From an uncultured Methanomicrobiaceae archaeon (GTDB lineage: Archaea; Halobacteriota; Methanomicrobia; Methanomicrobiales; Methanoculleaceae), in contig CAWGXH010000003.1 of assembly GCA_963826525.1 (NCBI GenBank), positions 32,001 to 96,000 on the forward strand: DNA of 64,000 bases, read 5' to 3'. Under the pieces are notes generated by a model that was not told the origin of the DNA, searched no databases, and saw only the letters and a program-made list of their open reading frames with translations. The translations under genes were made by a program, and so were the position numbers. Shown piece by piece: positions 10,176-20,058 of the stretch. How positions within the stretch are numbered: position 1 is the stretch's first letter; the number at the start of each line of letters is the position of its first letter.

Positions 10176-11435
10176 ATGACTATGGGGGAAAGCGCGCCAG
10201 TATACCGTAATCCTGCCTCTCCAGAGGCAGCCAGACCTGCCGGCGGCAGTACGCAGACTCGCCCTCCCGATCGGAAGAGGCCGATGACAGGGCGACTCCG
10301 TCCCGTACTATTCTTTTGCGGGCTGCTTCTCCTTGCCATGCTGTTCTGCGGGACTGCCTCGGCAGAAGAGGCTCCTTACGGGCTCCTCTGGAAGGTCAAC
10401 CTGACCGCTCCCGTATCCGGGATGGGCATCTCGTTCGACGGCTCGACGATAGCGGTCGGTGCGGGGAGCACGCTCTCTCTCTTCGACAAAAACGGGCAAG
10501 AGCTCTGGTCGAAACCGATCGGCGGTCGGATTCAGGGCGTCGGGCTCTCCCCCGAAGGCTCGCACATCGGTGTCGCCGCCGACAAACTCTACCTTTTCGA
10601 CCGCGAAGGCAACCTGCTCTGGACGGAGAAGAGCAATAACTTCCCCTACCATGACGTCGCCCTCTCTTCGAATGCATCGAATATTGCCGGCGCATGCGAC
10701 GACGGTATGATTTACGTCTTTGATCCCGAGCAGGAGGTGCTCTGGAACGCAAGCCTCGGCGCCGACTGCTACGGGATCGCCATCTCGAACGACGGAAAGT
10801 TCATTGCCGCGGGGTGCGGCGATCAGGGTGTCTACCTCCTCCTGAACGGTGAGGGGACACTCTGGAGTTACGGCACCGGCAGGGCGGTGGCAAGCATCGG
10901 GATGTCGCCGACCGGCGGCTATATTGTGGCTGGTTCTCTCGACCGGTGTGTCTATTTCTCAACCCGGGGAGGCGACCACCTCTGGAAGTATCCTACCTCC
11001 CTGCCGATCCATGGGGTTGCCGTCGCCTCGAACCAGGGCGGCGTCGCCGCCGGGTCGGGTGATACCGTCTACCTCTTTACAAACGACGGCAAGATTACCT
11101 GGAAGTACCGGGTGGGAAGTCCGATCGAGGACCTCGAGATCTCGGCAGATGGCTCGGTCGTGGCCGTCGGAACCGGGATAGGTGGCAACAGCCTCTACCT
11201 CTTCACGAACGATCAGGCCCTTCTCGGGGGGAATACAACCGAAACGGACGATGATCAGGAGTTCGGAGATGAGATGGCGGTAAATATCTCTGAAAACCGG
11301 ACCTTTGATGCCGGAGAGGAGAATGTATCGGTATCTGCAAACGCCTCCGGCACCACGGGACCCGCCGCCGGGCTGCTCGCCTGGCTTGACAGTCTTCTAA
11401 GCATCCTCTTCAACCGTGCACCCGGGGAGTTTTAG
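10176..11435 (+). CDS. Secreted WD40/PQQ-like beta-propeller repeat protein (start may be ~10284)
   Basis: Signal peptide ending ASA-EE; about seven ~40-aa repeats 'S.DG..IA.G..D..YLFD..G..LW'; acidic tail rich in N-x-S/T sequons. Confidence 0.8.
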   Translation: MTMGESAPVYRNPASPEAARPAGGSTQTRPPDRKRPMTGRLRPVLFFCGLLLLAMLFCGTASAEEAPYGLLWKVNLTAPVSGMGISFDGSTIAVGAGSTLSLFDKNGQELWSKPIGGRIQGVGLSPEGSHIGVAADKLYLFDREGNLLWTEKSNNFPYHDVALSSNASNIAGACDDGMIYVFDPEQEVLWNASLGADCYGIAISNDGKFIAAGCGDQGVYLLLNGEGTLWSYGTGRAVASIGMSPTGGYIVAGSLDRCVYFSTRGGDHLWKYPTSLPIHGVAVASNQGGVAAGSGDTVYLFTNDGKITWKYRVGSPIEDLEISADGSVVAVGTGIGGNSLYLFTNDQALLGGNTTETDDDQEFGDEMAVNISENRTFDAGEENVSVSANASGTTGPAAGLLAWLDSLLSILFNRAPGEF

Positions 11436-11444
11436 GATCGCGAT

Positions 11445-11474
11445 AGGGGGACGGCAGGCCTTCCCCCTCCCGGC
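11445..11474. repeat. Variant copy of the intergenic GC-rich palindrome
   Basis: AGGGGG..N12..CCCCCTCCCGGC between convergent genes; shares CCCCCTCCCGGC with 16841-16852. Confidence 0.5.
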
Positions 11475-11545
11475 ATCCCTATGCATGCCCGAAACGGCGA
11501 CCTTCCGTGAAAGGGTTCCTCGGCGGCGTTTACGGGGAGGAGAGG

Positions 11546-12310
11546 TCAGAGGGTTTTTTTCTGCCCGCTCGCATCCCGTGTATAGTGCCCGAACTCGCTT
11601 ACGAGCAGCCGATCGCCGGTGAAGACCGGTCCGTCGCGGCAGACCCGGAGTCCGCCCGGATCGGTGCAGCAGGAGCCGCAGATGCCGATGCCGCACTTCA
11701 TGTAACGGTGGAGGGAGAACTGGCCGCGGTCGGCGCACCCGTGCCGCTCGAGGATTGTGAGAACGGCGCGCATCATCACCTCAGGGCCGCAGACGCAGAT
11801 ATGGTCGAAGTCGATCGGATCGACTCGGCCGAGGAGATCGGTGACGAATCCGTGATGCCCGGCAGAGCCGTCGTCGGTGGCCGTAAAGAGGGTCGTCGTC
11901 TCCGCGAGCCGGTCCGCGAAGATCAGATCGTCCGCCGAGCGTGCACCGAGCAAAAAGACGTCGACCATACCCGCGGCGGCGAGGGGGTAGAGCGGGGATA
12001 CGCCGATCCCCCCGCCGATGGCAAGGGTTCTGCCCGTGACGGCAAAGCCGTTCCCGAAGGGCCCCCGGATCCCTATCCGATCCCCGACACCGAGGGCAAA
12101 GAGCGCCGCGGTGGCGTCTCCGACCTTCTGGACGGTGATGGCGTCGGGCGCGGAGAGCGCCATCGGGATCTCGTCGACGCCCGGCACCCAGACCATCACG
12201 AACTGGCCGGGGTTGAACGGTATCCCCGCGTCGAAGGTGAACGTCCGTATCGAGGGACTCTCCTCCGTGATCCGGGTGATGGTAACCCCGAGCGGCATCT
12301 GCTCACGCAT
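11546..12310 (-). CDS. pyrK: Dihydroorotate dehydrogenase electron transfer subunit
   Basis: PGQFVMVW, RGPFGNGF, GGGIG, CGPEVMM, MKCGIGICGSC...VC.DGPVF; adjacent to pyrD. Confidence 0.93.
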   Translation of the reverse strand: MREQMPLGVTITRITEESPSIRTFTFDAGIPFNPGQFVMVWVPGVDEIPMALSAPDAITVQKVGDATAALFALGVGDRIGIRGPFGNGFAVTGRTLAIGGGIGVSPLYPLAAAGMVDVFLLGARSADDLIFADRLAETTTLFTATDDGSAGHHGFVTDLLGRVDPIDFDHICVCGPEVMMRAVLTILERHGCADRGQFSLHRYMKCGIGICGSCCTDPGGLRVCRDGPVFTGDRLLVSEFGHYTRDASGQKKTL

Positions 12311-13190
12311 GGGCGCACCCCACAAGCCCGGCGGGTTCTTCCCCGTCCGGCGCGTAGAGGTCGCCTGCAATTCTCGCGAAGATCCCGATATCGTCCAGAA
12401 CAGCGCTCCCTATCTCGACGGCGCTTGCCCCGGCCATCATCATCTCTACCACGTTATCGGCGGTCGCAACGCCGCCGCACCCGATGATGGGTATCGAGCA
12501 GGCTTCGTAGAGGTCAAAGACGCACCGGACGGCTACCGGGAAGACGGCAGGCCCCGAAAGGCCGCCGAACCGGTTGCCGAGAACCGGCCGCCGGAGCGCC
12601 GTTGATATCCGCATCGCTTTTAGCGTGTTTATCGCGACGATCGCCGTTGCCCCGGCACGCTGCGCCGCCCGGCCGCATTCGGCGATATCGGTCACGTTCG
12701 GGGTGAGCTTCACCCAGGTGGGGAGGCCGAGGCGGCTGACGGCACGGGTGCATGCCTCCACGAGAGCCGGGTCGCTTCCGAGTGCCGCGCCGTAGCCCTC
12801 GGCGTGGGGACAGCTCACGTTCAGTTCAAAGCCTGCGGCCTGGTCGGCAAACCATCCGGCGACGGTGGCGAACTCCTCCGGGTTCCCCCCGAAGATGCTG
12901 ACGACCACGGGCCGGCCGCGGATCTGTTCGAGTTCGTGCACGAACCCGGACGAGGGGTTCGGGAGCCCCATGGCGTTGAGGACACCTCCGTCGACCGTCA
13001 CGACGCAGGGGCCGTGATGCCCGGCTTTCGGCTCGGGGCCGATGGACTTGGTGACCACCCCTCCCGCGCCGCTAGCAAGGATGCGGGCGAGTGAGGCTCC
13101 GGTTGTTCCGAGGATACCTGCCGCCAGCAGGAGGTGATTTTCGAGGCGCACACCTCCGACGTCGACAGGGCCAGGTTTGAGCGTAACCAT
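12303..13190 (-). CDS. pyrD: Dihydroorotate dehydrogenase, family 1B catalytic subunit
   Basis: VTKS, NAMGLPN, ELNVSCPH, VKLTPN, INT, GGLSG. Confidence 0.95.
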   Translation of the reverse strand: MVTLKPGPVDVGGVRLENHLLLAAGILGTTGASLARILASGAGGVVTKSIGPEPKAGHHGPCVVTVDGGVLNAMGLPNPSSGFVHELEQIRGRPVVVSIFGGNPEEFATVAGWFADQAAGFELNVSCPHAEGYGAALGSDPALVEACTRAVSRLGLPTWVKLTPNVTDIAECGRAAQRAGATAIVAINTLKAMRISTALRRPVLGNRFGGLSGPAVFPVAVRCVFDLYEACSIPIIGCGGVATADNVVEMMMAGASAVEIGSAVLDDIGIFARIAGDLYAPDGEEPAGLVGCAHA

Positions 13191-13408
13191 TCTGAGAACA
13201 GCTTTGGCGTTACGTATTATTATAGTGTCGAGCCAATACTAGAGTAGAAAGACCGGAAAAATGTCCCCTCGGCGGGTTTTTTCCGTGATGGCGTCTCTTC
13301 GAACGGCGGGCAATCTTGCGTGGAGATTACCCGGCGGATACGGGGTAACCGAGATGAGCGACATTCTGGTTTTTTAATTCTTCATACCCCAATAGAGTTG
13401 TTGATAGC

Positions 13409-14276
13409 ATGACCAGCCTTGCAGTAATGGGAGTCGGGCGAGTGGGCGGAGAGACTGCGTACCTCGCCGCGGTGCTCGGCCTTGTCGACGAGATCATCCT
13501 GCACGATGTCTACGAACCCCTTCTTCGTGCTCAGGTTCTCGACCTTTGCCACACGGGGCTTGACGTTGCCGTCAGTACCCGATACGGGAGCGATGAGGGA
13601 TGCGGATATCTTTGTCTTTGCTGCGGGCACGCCGCGGAACCCGGCCATCAAGACCCGGGCGGATCTGCTTGAGGCGAACCTCCCCGTCGCCAGATGCTGC
13701 AGCAGGCACCTGAAAGGCTTTGAGGGGATCGTCATCACGATCACGAACCCCATGGACGTGAACAACTACGGCCTCTGCAAGCTCATGGAGATAGAAAGAC
13801 ACCGCTGCATCGGGTTTGGCGGCCAGCTCGACAGCGCCCGGTTCGACTGCATCCTCAATAGCGAGAACCTCCGCGGCCCTGCCGTCGTCCTCGGCGAACA
13901 CGGCGAACATCAGGTCCCGATCTTCTCCCGGACGGGCCAGGAGGTCGCCCCCGATCTTCGGGAGTCGATCGTCACCCGGCTCAGGGGTGCGAGCATGGAG
14001 GTGATAGCGGGCAAAGGCGGCACCGTCTTCGGGCCTGCCTGCCACATCGCCCGGCTCATCGGCGCGATCGTCCATGACCGGCGGGAGGTGCTGCCCTGTT
14101 CCTGCATCGTCGACGGCGAGTATGGGCTCTCCGGCTGTTCCATCGGCGTTCCCGCCCGTATCGGCCGGGAGGGTGTTCTCGGGATCGAGGAGTGGAACCT
14201 TGACTCCTGGGAGGCGGAGCGGATGCATGCCGCTGGAGAGTATGTCCGGGATCTTGCACGGAGGTTTGATGACTGA
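13409..14276 (+). CDS. mdh: Malate/lactate dehydrogenase family protein (frameshift at ~13579)
   Basis: GVGRVG Rossmann motif in frame 1; AGTPR..TRADLL..N, TNPMD, LDSARF, GEHG in frame 2. Confidence 0.85.
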
Positions 14277-16723
14277 GGGGCTGCTCCGGGACGACGGCTG
14301 TGCAATTCAGGCCGGGGGCACTTCTGAAGATCGCGGCAGAATGCGATTTGGGATCCACCAGGTGGAGTACAGTGTCGGAGGCGAATGTCCGATCATTCAC
14401 CTCTTCGGCCGTGACTCCGCGGGCACCGCCGTTCGGCTCGATGTGACGGGTTTCCGCCCCTACTTCTACGCTCCCGTCGAACAGGTGGAGAGCCGCGGCC
14501 ACCCCGCGCAGGTTGATCTCGAGCCCGACACGGTGTACCGCTCGATACGGGGAAAACCGCTCCGCCGCCTCTATACCCGGCGCCCGAGCGATGTCCGGGT
14601 GGTTCGCGAGGGATATGAGCACTACGAGGCCGATATTCCGTTTGCGACCCGCTTCATGATCGACTGCGGGCTGACCGGCGGTGTGGAAGCGCCGGCAGGC
14701 CCCGTCGCCGACTACCATTCTCTCACCCCCGCCGACGTCCCTGCTCCCGCCCGCCACTGCATCATGGATATCGAGTGCGAGGATGAGCGGGGGTTCCCCG
14801 AACCCGAGCGCGATGCCGTCATCAGCGTCACCTGCTGGGACTCGTTCGACGACGAGTATGTGACGCTCGTCTGGCTTCCGGGCATGGCGGCGGATGCTCA
14901 AGGCACGTTCGAGCCCGATCTCTCCACGAGCGATGCGCACGCCGTCGTCCGGTTTCCGGACGAGGTCTCGATGCTCAAGGCGCTCGCCGCCTACGTCCGC
15001 CTTCGAGACCCGGATATTCTGAGCGGCTGGAACTTTATCGAGTTCGATGTTCCCTACCTCATGCGGCGGATGGAAGTCCTCGGGCTTTCGACCGAGTCTC
15101 TCTCCCGCCTCCCCGGGCAGACGGAGCGAAACGCCATCCGCGGGAGGGCGATATTCGATCTCCTCGCCGCCTACAAGAAGATGCACCAGTCGCAGAAGGA
15201 GTCGTACCGGCTCGATGCCGTCGGCGAGGAGGAACTCGGCATCAGGAAGGTCCGGTACGCCGGAACGCTCTCCGATCTCTGGCGGGACGACCCGGCAAAA
15301 CTTGTCGAGTACAACTGCCGGGACGTCGAGCTCTGCGTCGGGATCAATAAAAAGAATAATATCATCGAGTTCTACCGCGAGATCGCCCGGTACGTCGGCT
15401 GTCCGCTCGACCGGACGCTCAACAGTTCGAACGTCATCGACATCTACATCCTCCGGAAGTCCTCCGGGCAGTTTATTCTGCCTTCGAAGGGTTTCGCCGC
15501 CGGGGACGAGTTCGAGGGTGCCATCGTCTTCGAACCGGCGTCGGGCCTCCGCGAGAATGTGGTGGTGCTCGACTTAAAGAGCCTCTACCCGATGGCGATG
15601 ATGACGATCAATGCCTCGCCCGAGACGAAAGACCCGGCCGGAGATCTCCGGGCGCCGAACGGGATCCGGTTCAGAAAGAAGCCCGACGGCCTGACCCGGA
15701 GCATCATCGCCGAGCTCCTCGAGGAGCGTGACCGGAGGAAGCAGCCTCCGGAACACCTACCCGTTCGGGTCGCCCGAGTATGTCCTCCTCGACCTCCAGC
15801 AGAATGTCCTGAAGGTCATCATGAACACCTACTACGGCGTCTCGGGGTACGCCCGGTTCCGCCTCTACGACCGGGAGATCGGCTCTGCGGTCACCTCGGT
15901 GGGCCGGGCGATCATCCAGCATACGCGCGACGTGATCACCGGTATGGGGTATACCGTCCTCTACGGCGATACCGACTCGTGCATGATCCAGGTGCCGCCG
16001 GGCGACCTCGATGCGATCATCCGGGCATCCCGCACGATGGAGGAGACGCTGAACGCGAGCTACGCCGAGTTTGCCCAGGGCGTCCTCGGTGCCGACACCC
16101 ACTACTTCTCTATCAAATTCGAGAAGGTCTACCGACGGTTCTTCCAGGCCGGGAAGAAGAAACGCTACGCCGGCCATCTCGTCTGGAAAGAGGGAAACGA
16201 TGTCGACGAGATCGACGTCGTGGGGTTCGAGATCCGCCGGAGCGACTCGCCGCAGATCACGCGGGAGGTCCAGCGGACCGTGATCGAGATGATCCTCAAG
16301 GGCGACGGCTACGAGGACGTGCGCGCGTACCTGCGGGACGTCATCCGGAAGTATCGCAGAGGCGAGTATCCCCTCGATGTGGTCGGCATCCCGGGCGGGA
16401 TCGGCAAGAGCCTCGAGAGCTACGAGAACGACGATGCACAGATCCGGGGTGCCAAATACTCGAACGAGTATCTCGGCACCGACTTCAAGCGCGGCAGCAA
16501 GCCAAAACGCGTGTACATCCGGACCGTGACGGCGAAGTACCCGCGGACGGACGTTGTCTGCTTCGAGTATCCCGACCAGGTGCCCCCGGAGTTCGTCGTG
16601 GACTGGGAGACGATGCTCGATAAGACGTTAAAAGGGCCCATCTCCCGGATCATCGAGCCGCTCGGGTGGGGATGGCACGACGTCGACCCGTCGAGGACGA
16701 CGCTCTTTGATTTCGGCTCGTGA
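14269..16723 (+). CDS. polB: DNA polymerase, family B (frameshift at ~15745)
   Basis: Exonuclease DIE, GWN..FD, YN..D; polymerase DLKSLYP, K...NTYYG, YGDTDS, KKRY; C-terminal PIP-like TLFDF. Confidence 0.95.
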
Positions 16724-16828
16724 CGGGTGAGCGGACACTCTGCCTGCCGTCTTCACCTGAAACGTATTTTAAGACTTAGTCCCGGAATTCGCCCTTCTCC
16801 TGACTATCGCATCGTGGGGGAGGGATGG

Positions 16829-16850
16829 GGAGGGGGCGAGCCCCCTCCCG
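16829..16850. repeat. Intergenic GC-rich palindrome (REP-like), copy 2
   Basis: GGAGGGGGC-GA-GCCCCCTCCCG between convergent polB and 17018-17449; exact reverse complement of 5419-5440. Confidence 0.75.
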
Positions 16851-17017
16851 GCCGAGAACTTTTGCAGGCGACGATCTTCAGCCTTCGCCGCTTGCACTTC
16901 CGGGTACGCATCCTCCTCTCCGCTCCCCGGGAGGTACATCCCCGCGGCCTCGTCCCGTCATGTCCGGGATTCCCGCTTTCGTAACAATAAGAAAAATGTG
17001 TGGATGGGAACGTTAGG

Positions 17018-17449
17018 TTACGCGATTCCCTTCTGCTGCCGCTCTGCCTCGACGGCCTCGCTCCGCTTGAGGTTCTTGGTCCAGGCGATCCGGTTTCCAA
17101 GAACCTTGTAGGAGTCGAGACGGACGATATCGACACCCTCTGCGGCCAGAGGGACATCGGCGCCGGTCGGGACGACAAGAACCGCCCGGTCGACGGGCTT
17201 CTTCTGGCTTGCGAGACTGCGCGTCTGGCTCGCGAGCTGCTCCAGCGCGCTTGCCGGGATCGCCTTCTCCATCTTCACGCCGACGAGGACACGCTTGGTC
17301 TGCCCCTTCTCGCGGCGGGTGATTACACACTCGGGCTGAATTGCGCCGTAGTCAGGTTTCCACTCAAACTCCCAGCCCTCTCGGGGAGCATACTGTTTGC
17401 TCAGCGCCCTCATCACATCAAGGTACGTAGCATCTCGTGTAAAGCCCAT
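17018..17449 (-). CDS. Hypothetical protein, possible degenerate PD-(D/E)xK restriction-endonuclease fold
   Basis: Natural-looking 143-aa protein with GAGGT RBS and AT-rich promoter; QPECVI..VLVGVK..ALEQL..RAVLVVP pattern. Confidence 0.65.
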   Translation of the reverse strand: MGFTRDATYLDVMRALSKQYAPREGWEFEWKPDYGAIQPECVITRREKGQTKRVLVGVKMEKAIPASALEQLASQTRSLASQKKPVDRAVLVVPTGADVPLAAEGVDIVRLDSYKVLGNRIAWTKNLKRSEAVEAERQQKGIA

Positions 17450-17616
17450 TAAGTATACCTCTCGTTTACTGTATATGTGCCGAATAATTTAAAAGTTATA
17501 GTTCCTGATGCGGCATGCCCCTCCGGTTCCGGAAGGATCGCTCTTCGGGGGGATCGGTGGGACAGGGAAATATATTTAGCGTATCTTGGTCATTACGTTC
17601 GCTTGAGGTAATCCGT

Positions 17617-18252
17617 ATGGAACAGGCGAAGGTAACTCACAGTGATGTCGTCGAGGCGTACGACAGGATTGCACGGGAGATTCTGGGACGGCCGGAGAGC
17701 GCTCCGAACGCGATCCATAATACGCTGCTCAAACTGGCGGAGACGCACCCCGGTACGGTGTACTGGATCACGCGAAAGTTCTTCCAGGAGTATCTCAAAC
17801 TCTACGTCGCCGATACGGGATACATCGGCATTGCCGACCGGTACGTCCCCGGAATGCTGTATCCGGGGGACTTGGTCTTCTACATGCTTCCGGAGAACCT
17901 GCAGGAAGGCGATATCGTCCAGGTGATCTTCACCGATCAGGACGAGATGCGGGTGTATGTCGTTCATGGAAAGGTTCTGTCCCTGCGTGAGGACGGTTCG
18001 GTGGAGGTGGCGGATATCAAAAGCGGAGACGCGTACACGGTCGTCCCCTGGAACCTCCTCGGCAAGCTCGCAAGAGTCGTTCCCTTCCGCTCCGACGAGT
18101 GGAACGACCTCTTCCCGAAGGCAGGTGTGCCGGAGGACTGGATTACGACCGCCGTTGAGGAGACTATCAGGAGCGTGCAGGACTCCGGTATGGAGGATAC
18201 GGAAGCGGTGATGAGCGAACTCAAAAGCCGCCTTGCGGATCTTGTGCACTAG
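17617..18252 (+). CDS. Hypothetical protein with an S24/S26 peptidase-like beta domain
   Basis: GAGGT RBS before ATG 17617; PGDLVF..L.EGDIV..VVHGKV..LLGKL..VP pattern. Confidence 0.65.
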   Translation: MEQAKVTHSDVVEAYDRIAREILGRPESAPNAIHNTLLKLAETHPGTVYWITRKFFQEYLKLYVADTGYIGIADRYVPGMLYPGDLVFYMLPENLQEGDIVQVIFTDQDEMRVYVVHGKVLSLREDGSVEVADIKSGDAYTVVPWNLLGKLARVVPFRSDEWNDLFPKAGVPEDWITTAVEETIRSVQDSGMEDTEAVMSELKSRLADLVH

Positions 18253-18339
18253 TCCGGCTTCACTCTCTTTTCTCTCCACCCGGGCAATCGGCGATGCAGA
18301 ACGGAAGCGTTCATCACGCTCCCGGGCGACGAATACTGT

Positions 18340-18975
18340 ATGAGTATATCTGCAGAAGGGGCGTCGCTCTCCACCGATTCCGGTGGGATGAGCACCCATC
18401 GGCTCGAAGCACTGACCGACGGGATCTTCGCCATCGCGATGACGCTCCTCGTGCTGAACATCGACGTTCCCGATGTTCCTCTGGAGACGGCTGCAAGCGC
18501 CGTCCCGGCCTTTCTCTTCTCGAACTGGCCGCAGTTCACCAATTATGCGGTTGCGTTCTTCGTGCTTGCCGGGTTCTGGACAGCCCATCATAAACAGTTC
18601 CACTCGATCCGGCATGTAAACGAGCCTCTGCTCTGGCTGAATGTCCTCTCGCTGCTCTTTGTTGCCCTCGTCCCGTTTACGACGTCGCTCTCCGGGGATT
18701 ACGACCGCGTCCTCTTATCTGCCGTCATCTTCGACGTGAACTTCCTGATCCTCGGCATCATCTACCTGGGGCAGTGGCTATATGTCTCCCGCGAACGGGA
18801 GCGGTTTCTGCACGAGAGTGTCGACGGGCATCGCATTGTGCGGGCGAAGAGGAGGCTTCTCGTCCTCCCTGCGGCTGCCCTTGCGGCGCTTACGATTTCG
18901 TTTTTCATTGCTCCCGGGCTGAACGGGTTTGGCTATATCATCATTCCTGTCCTGCTCACCGCCCTCCGCAGGTGA
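18340..18975 (+). CDS. TMEM175 family potassium channel (DUF1211)
   Basis: RLEALTDGIFAIAMTLLVL signature, FW.AHH, LVPFTT; six TM segments. Confidence 0.92.
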   Translation: MSISAEGASLSTDSGGMSTHRLEALTDGIFAIAMTLLVLNIDVPDVPLETAASAVPAFLFSNWPQFTNYAVAFFVLAGFWTAHHKQFHSIRHVNEPLLWLNVLSLLFVALVPFTTSLSGDYDRVLLSAVIFDVNFLILGIIYLGQWLYVSRERERFLHESVDGHRIVRAKRRLLVLPAAALAALTISFFIAPGLNGFGYIIIPVLLTALRR

Positions 18976-19027
18976 CGGGAGAGTCACCCGCCGAACCTTT
19001 TTGAACTCAGCCGTTATCCTGCATCAC

Positions 19028-20014
19028 ATGAAACAACTGCTCGTGCTCGTACTGATCGCACTCTGTCTTCTGCCTGCAGTATCGGATGCGTTCGTCTTTC
19101 TCTCGGATGACCAGGTGGTGATCACTGCGCCGATCGACGATGATGTGATCGCCTCCGGCGGGACGATCCTGGTGAACGCTCCGGTGCAGAGTCTGACCGC
19201 CACCGGGGGGTCGATCATCGTCAATGCCCCGGTTGCCGGGGATGTGATCGCCGCCGGCGGGACGATCACCATCGGTGCCGACGTCGACGGCAAAGTGCTC
19301 GCGGCGGGGGGAAGCATCGGGATCAACAGAACCGTGGAGAACGCCCTCCTCACCGGGGGGACGGTGGTCCTCGGTTCGTCGGCAACGGTGCTCCGGGACG
19401 CGGTGATCAGCGCAGGGAGCGTTACCAATGCAGGAACCGTGATGCGGAATCTGAGCGTCTCTGCCAACACCTTTGAGAACCCCGGCACCGCCGGAGCCAT
19501 CACCTATGAGCAGCGGCAGGCAGGATCGAATATCCCCGGCGGGTTCGGTCTGCTCTCTCTCCTCGTCACCGTCGGTTTCCTCTTTCTCGGGGTTATTCTG
19601 ATCCAGATCTTCCCGGAGGAGTTTGCCCACGTCGTACGCGAGGTCGTGACGAATCCGGTCATCAAGACGATCGTCGGGTTCTTCGGCGTCATCATCTCCG
19701 CACTCATCCTCTTCGTGATCGCGATCACCGTTATCGGCCTCCCCATCGCCGCCGTCCTCGGGATGTTCTTTCTCATCGCGGTCCTGCTCTCGAGCCTCTT
19801 TGTTGCGTTCGCCCTCGGGGACGCCGTCGTCTCGCGTCTCCGGTGGAAGACAGGGGTCACCGTAACCTTCGTGCTTGGATTTGTACTGCTGCAGATCCTC
19901 TATCTCATCCCGGTGTTCGGCTGGCTTGTCCAGGTAGGAGCGGTCAGCCTCGGGTACGGCGCGTTCCTCTATGCCCTGCGGGACGCGTGGCGAGTGTACT
20001 CGGGCCAGATATAA
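19028..20014 (+). CDS. Membrane protein with an N-terminal bactofilin-like beta-helical repeat and a C-terminal multi-TM domain
   Basis: Signal peptide; ~17-aa repeats V.GDVIAAGG.I.I; ITVIGLP and LIPVFGWL motifs. Confidence 0.8.
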   Translation: MKQLLVLVLIALCLLPAVSDAFVFLSDDQVVITAPIDDDVIASGGTILVNAPVQSLTATGGSIIVNAPVAGDVIAAGGTITIGADVDGKVLAAGGSIGINRTVENALLTGGTVVLGSSATVLRDAVISAGSVTNAGTVMRNLSVSANTFENPGTAGAITYEQRQAGSNIPGGFGLLSLLVTVGFLFLGVILIQIFPEEFAHVVREVVTNPVIKTIVGFFGVIISALILFVIAITVIGLPIAAVLGMFFLIAVLLSSLFVAFALGDAVVSRLRWKTGVTVTFVLGFVLLQILYLIPVFGWLVQVGAVSLGYGAFLYALRDAWRVYSGQI

Positions 20015-20058
20015 CACCGGATACTTATTTCCGGCATGCCGCAAGAGAGAAAAGGCGT

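Noticed and set aside
14269-16723. Split (two-subunit) polB or programmed frameshifting
   Set aside because: The break is inside the fingers helix at AGCCT, with no slippery sequence or internal start. It matches the window-wide indel pattern.
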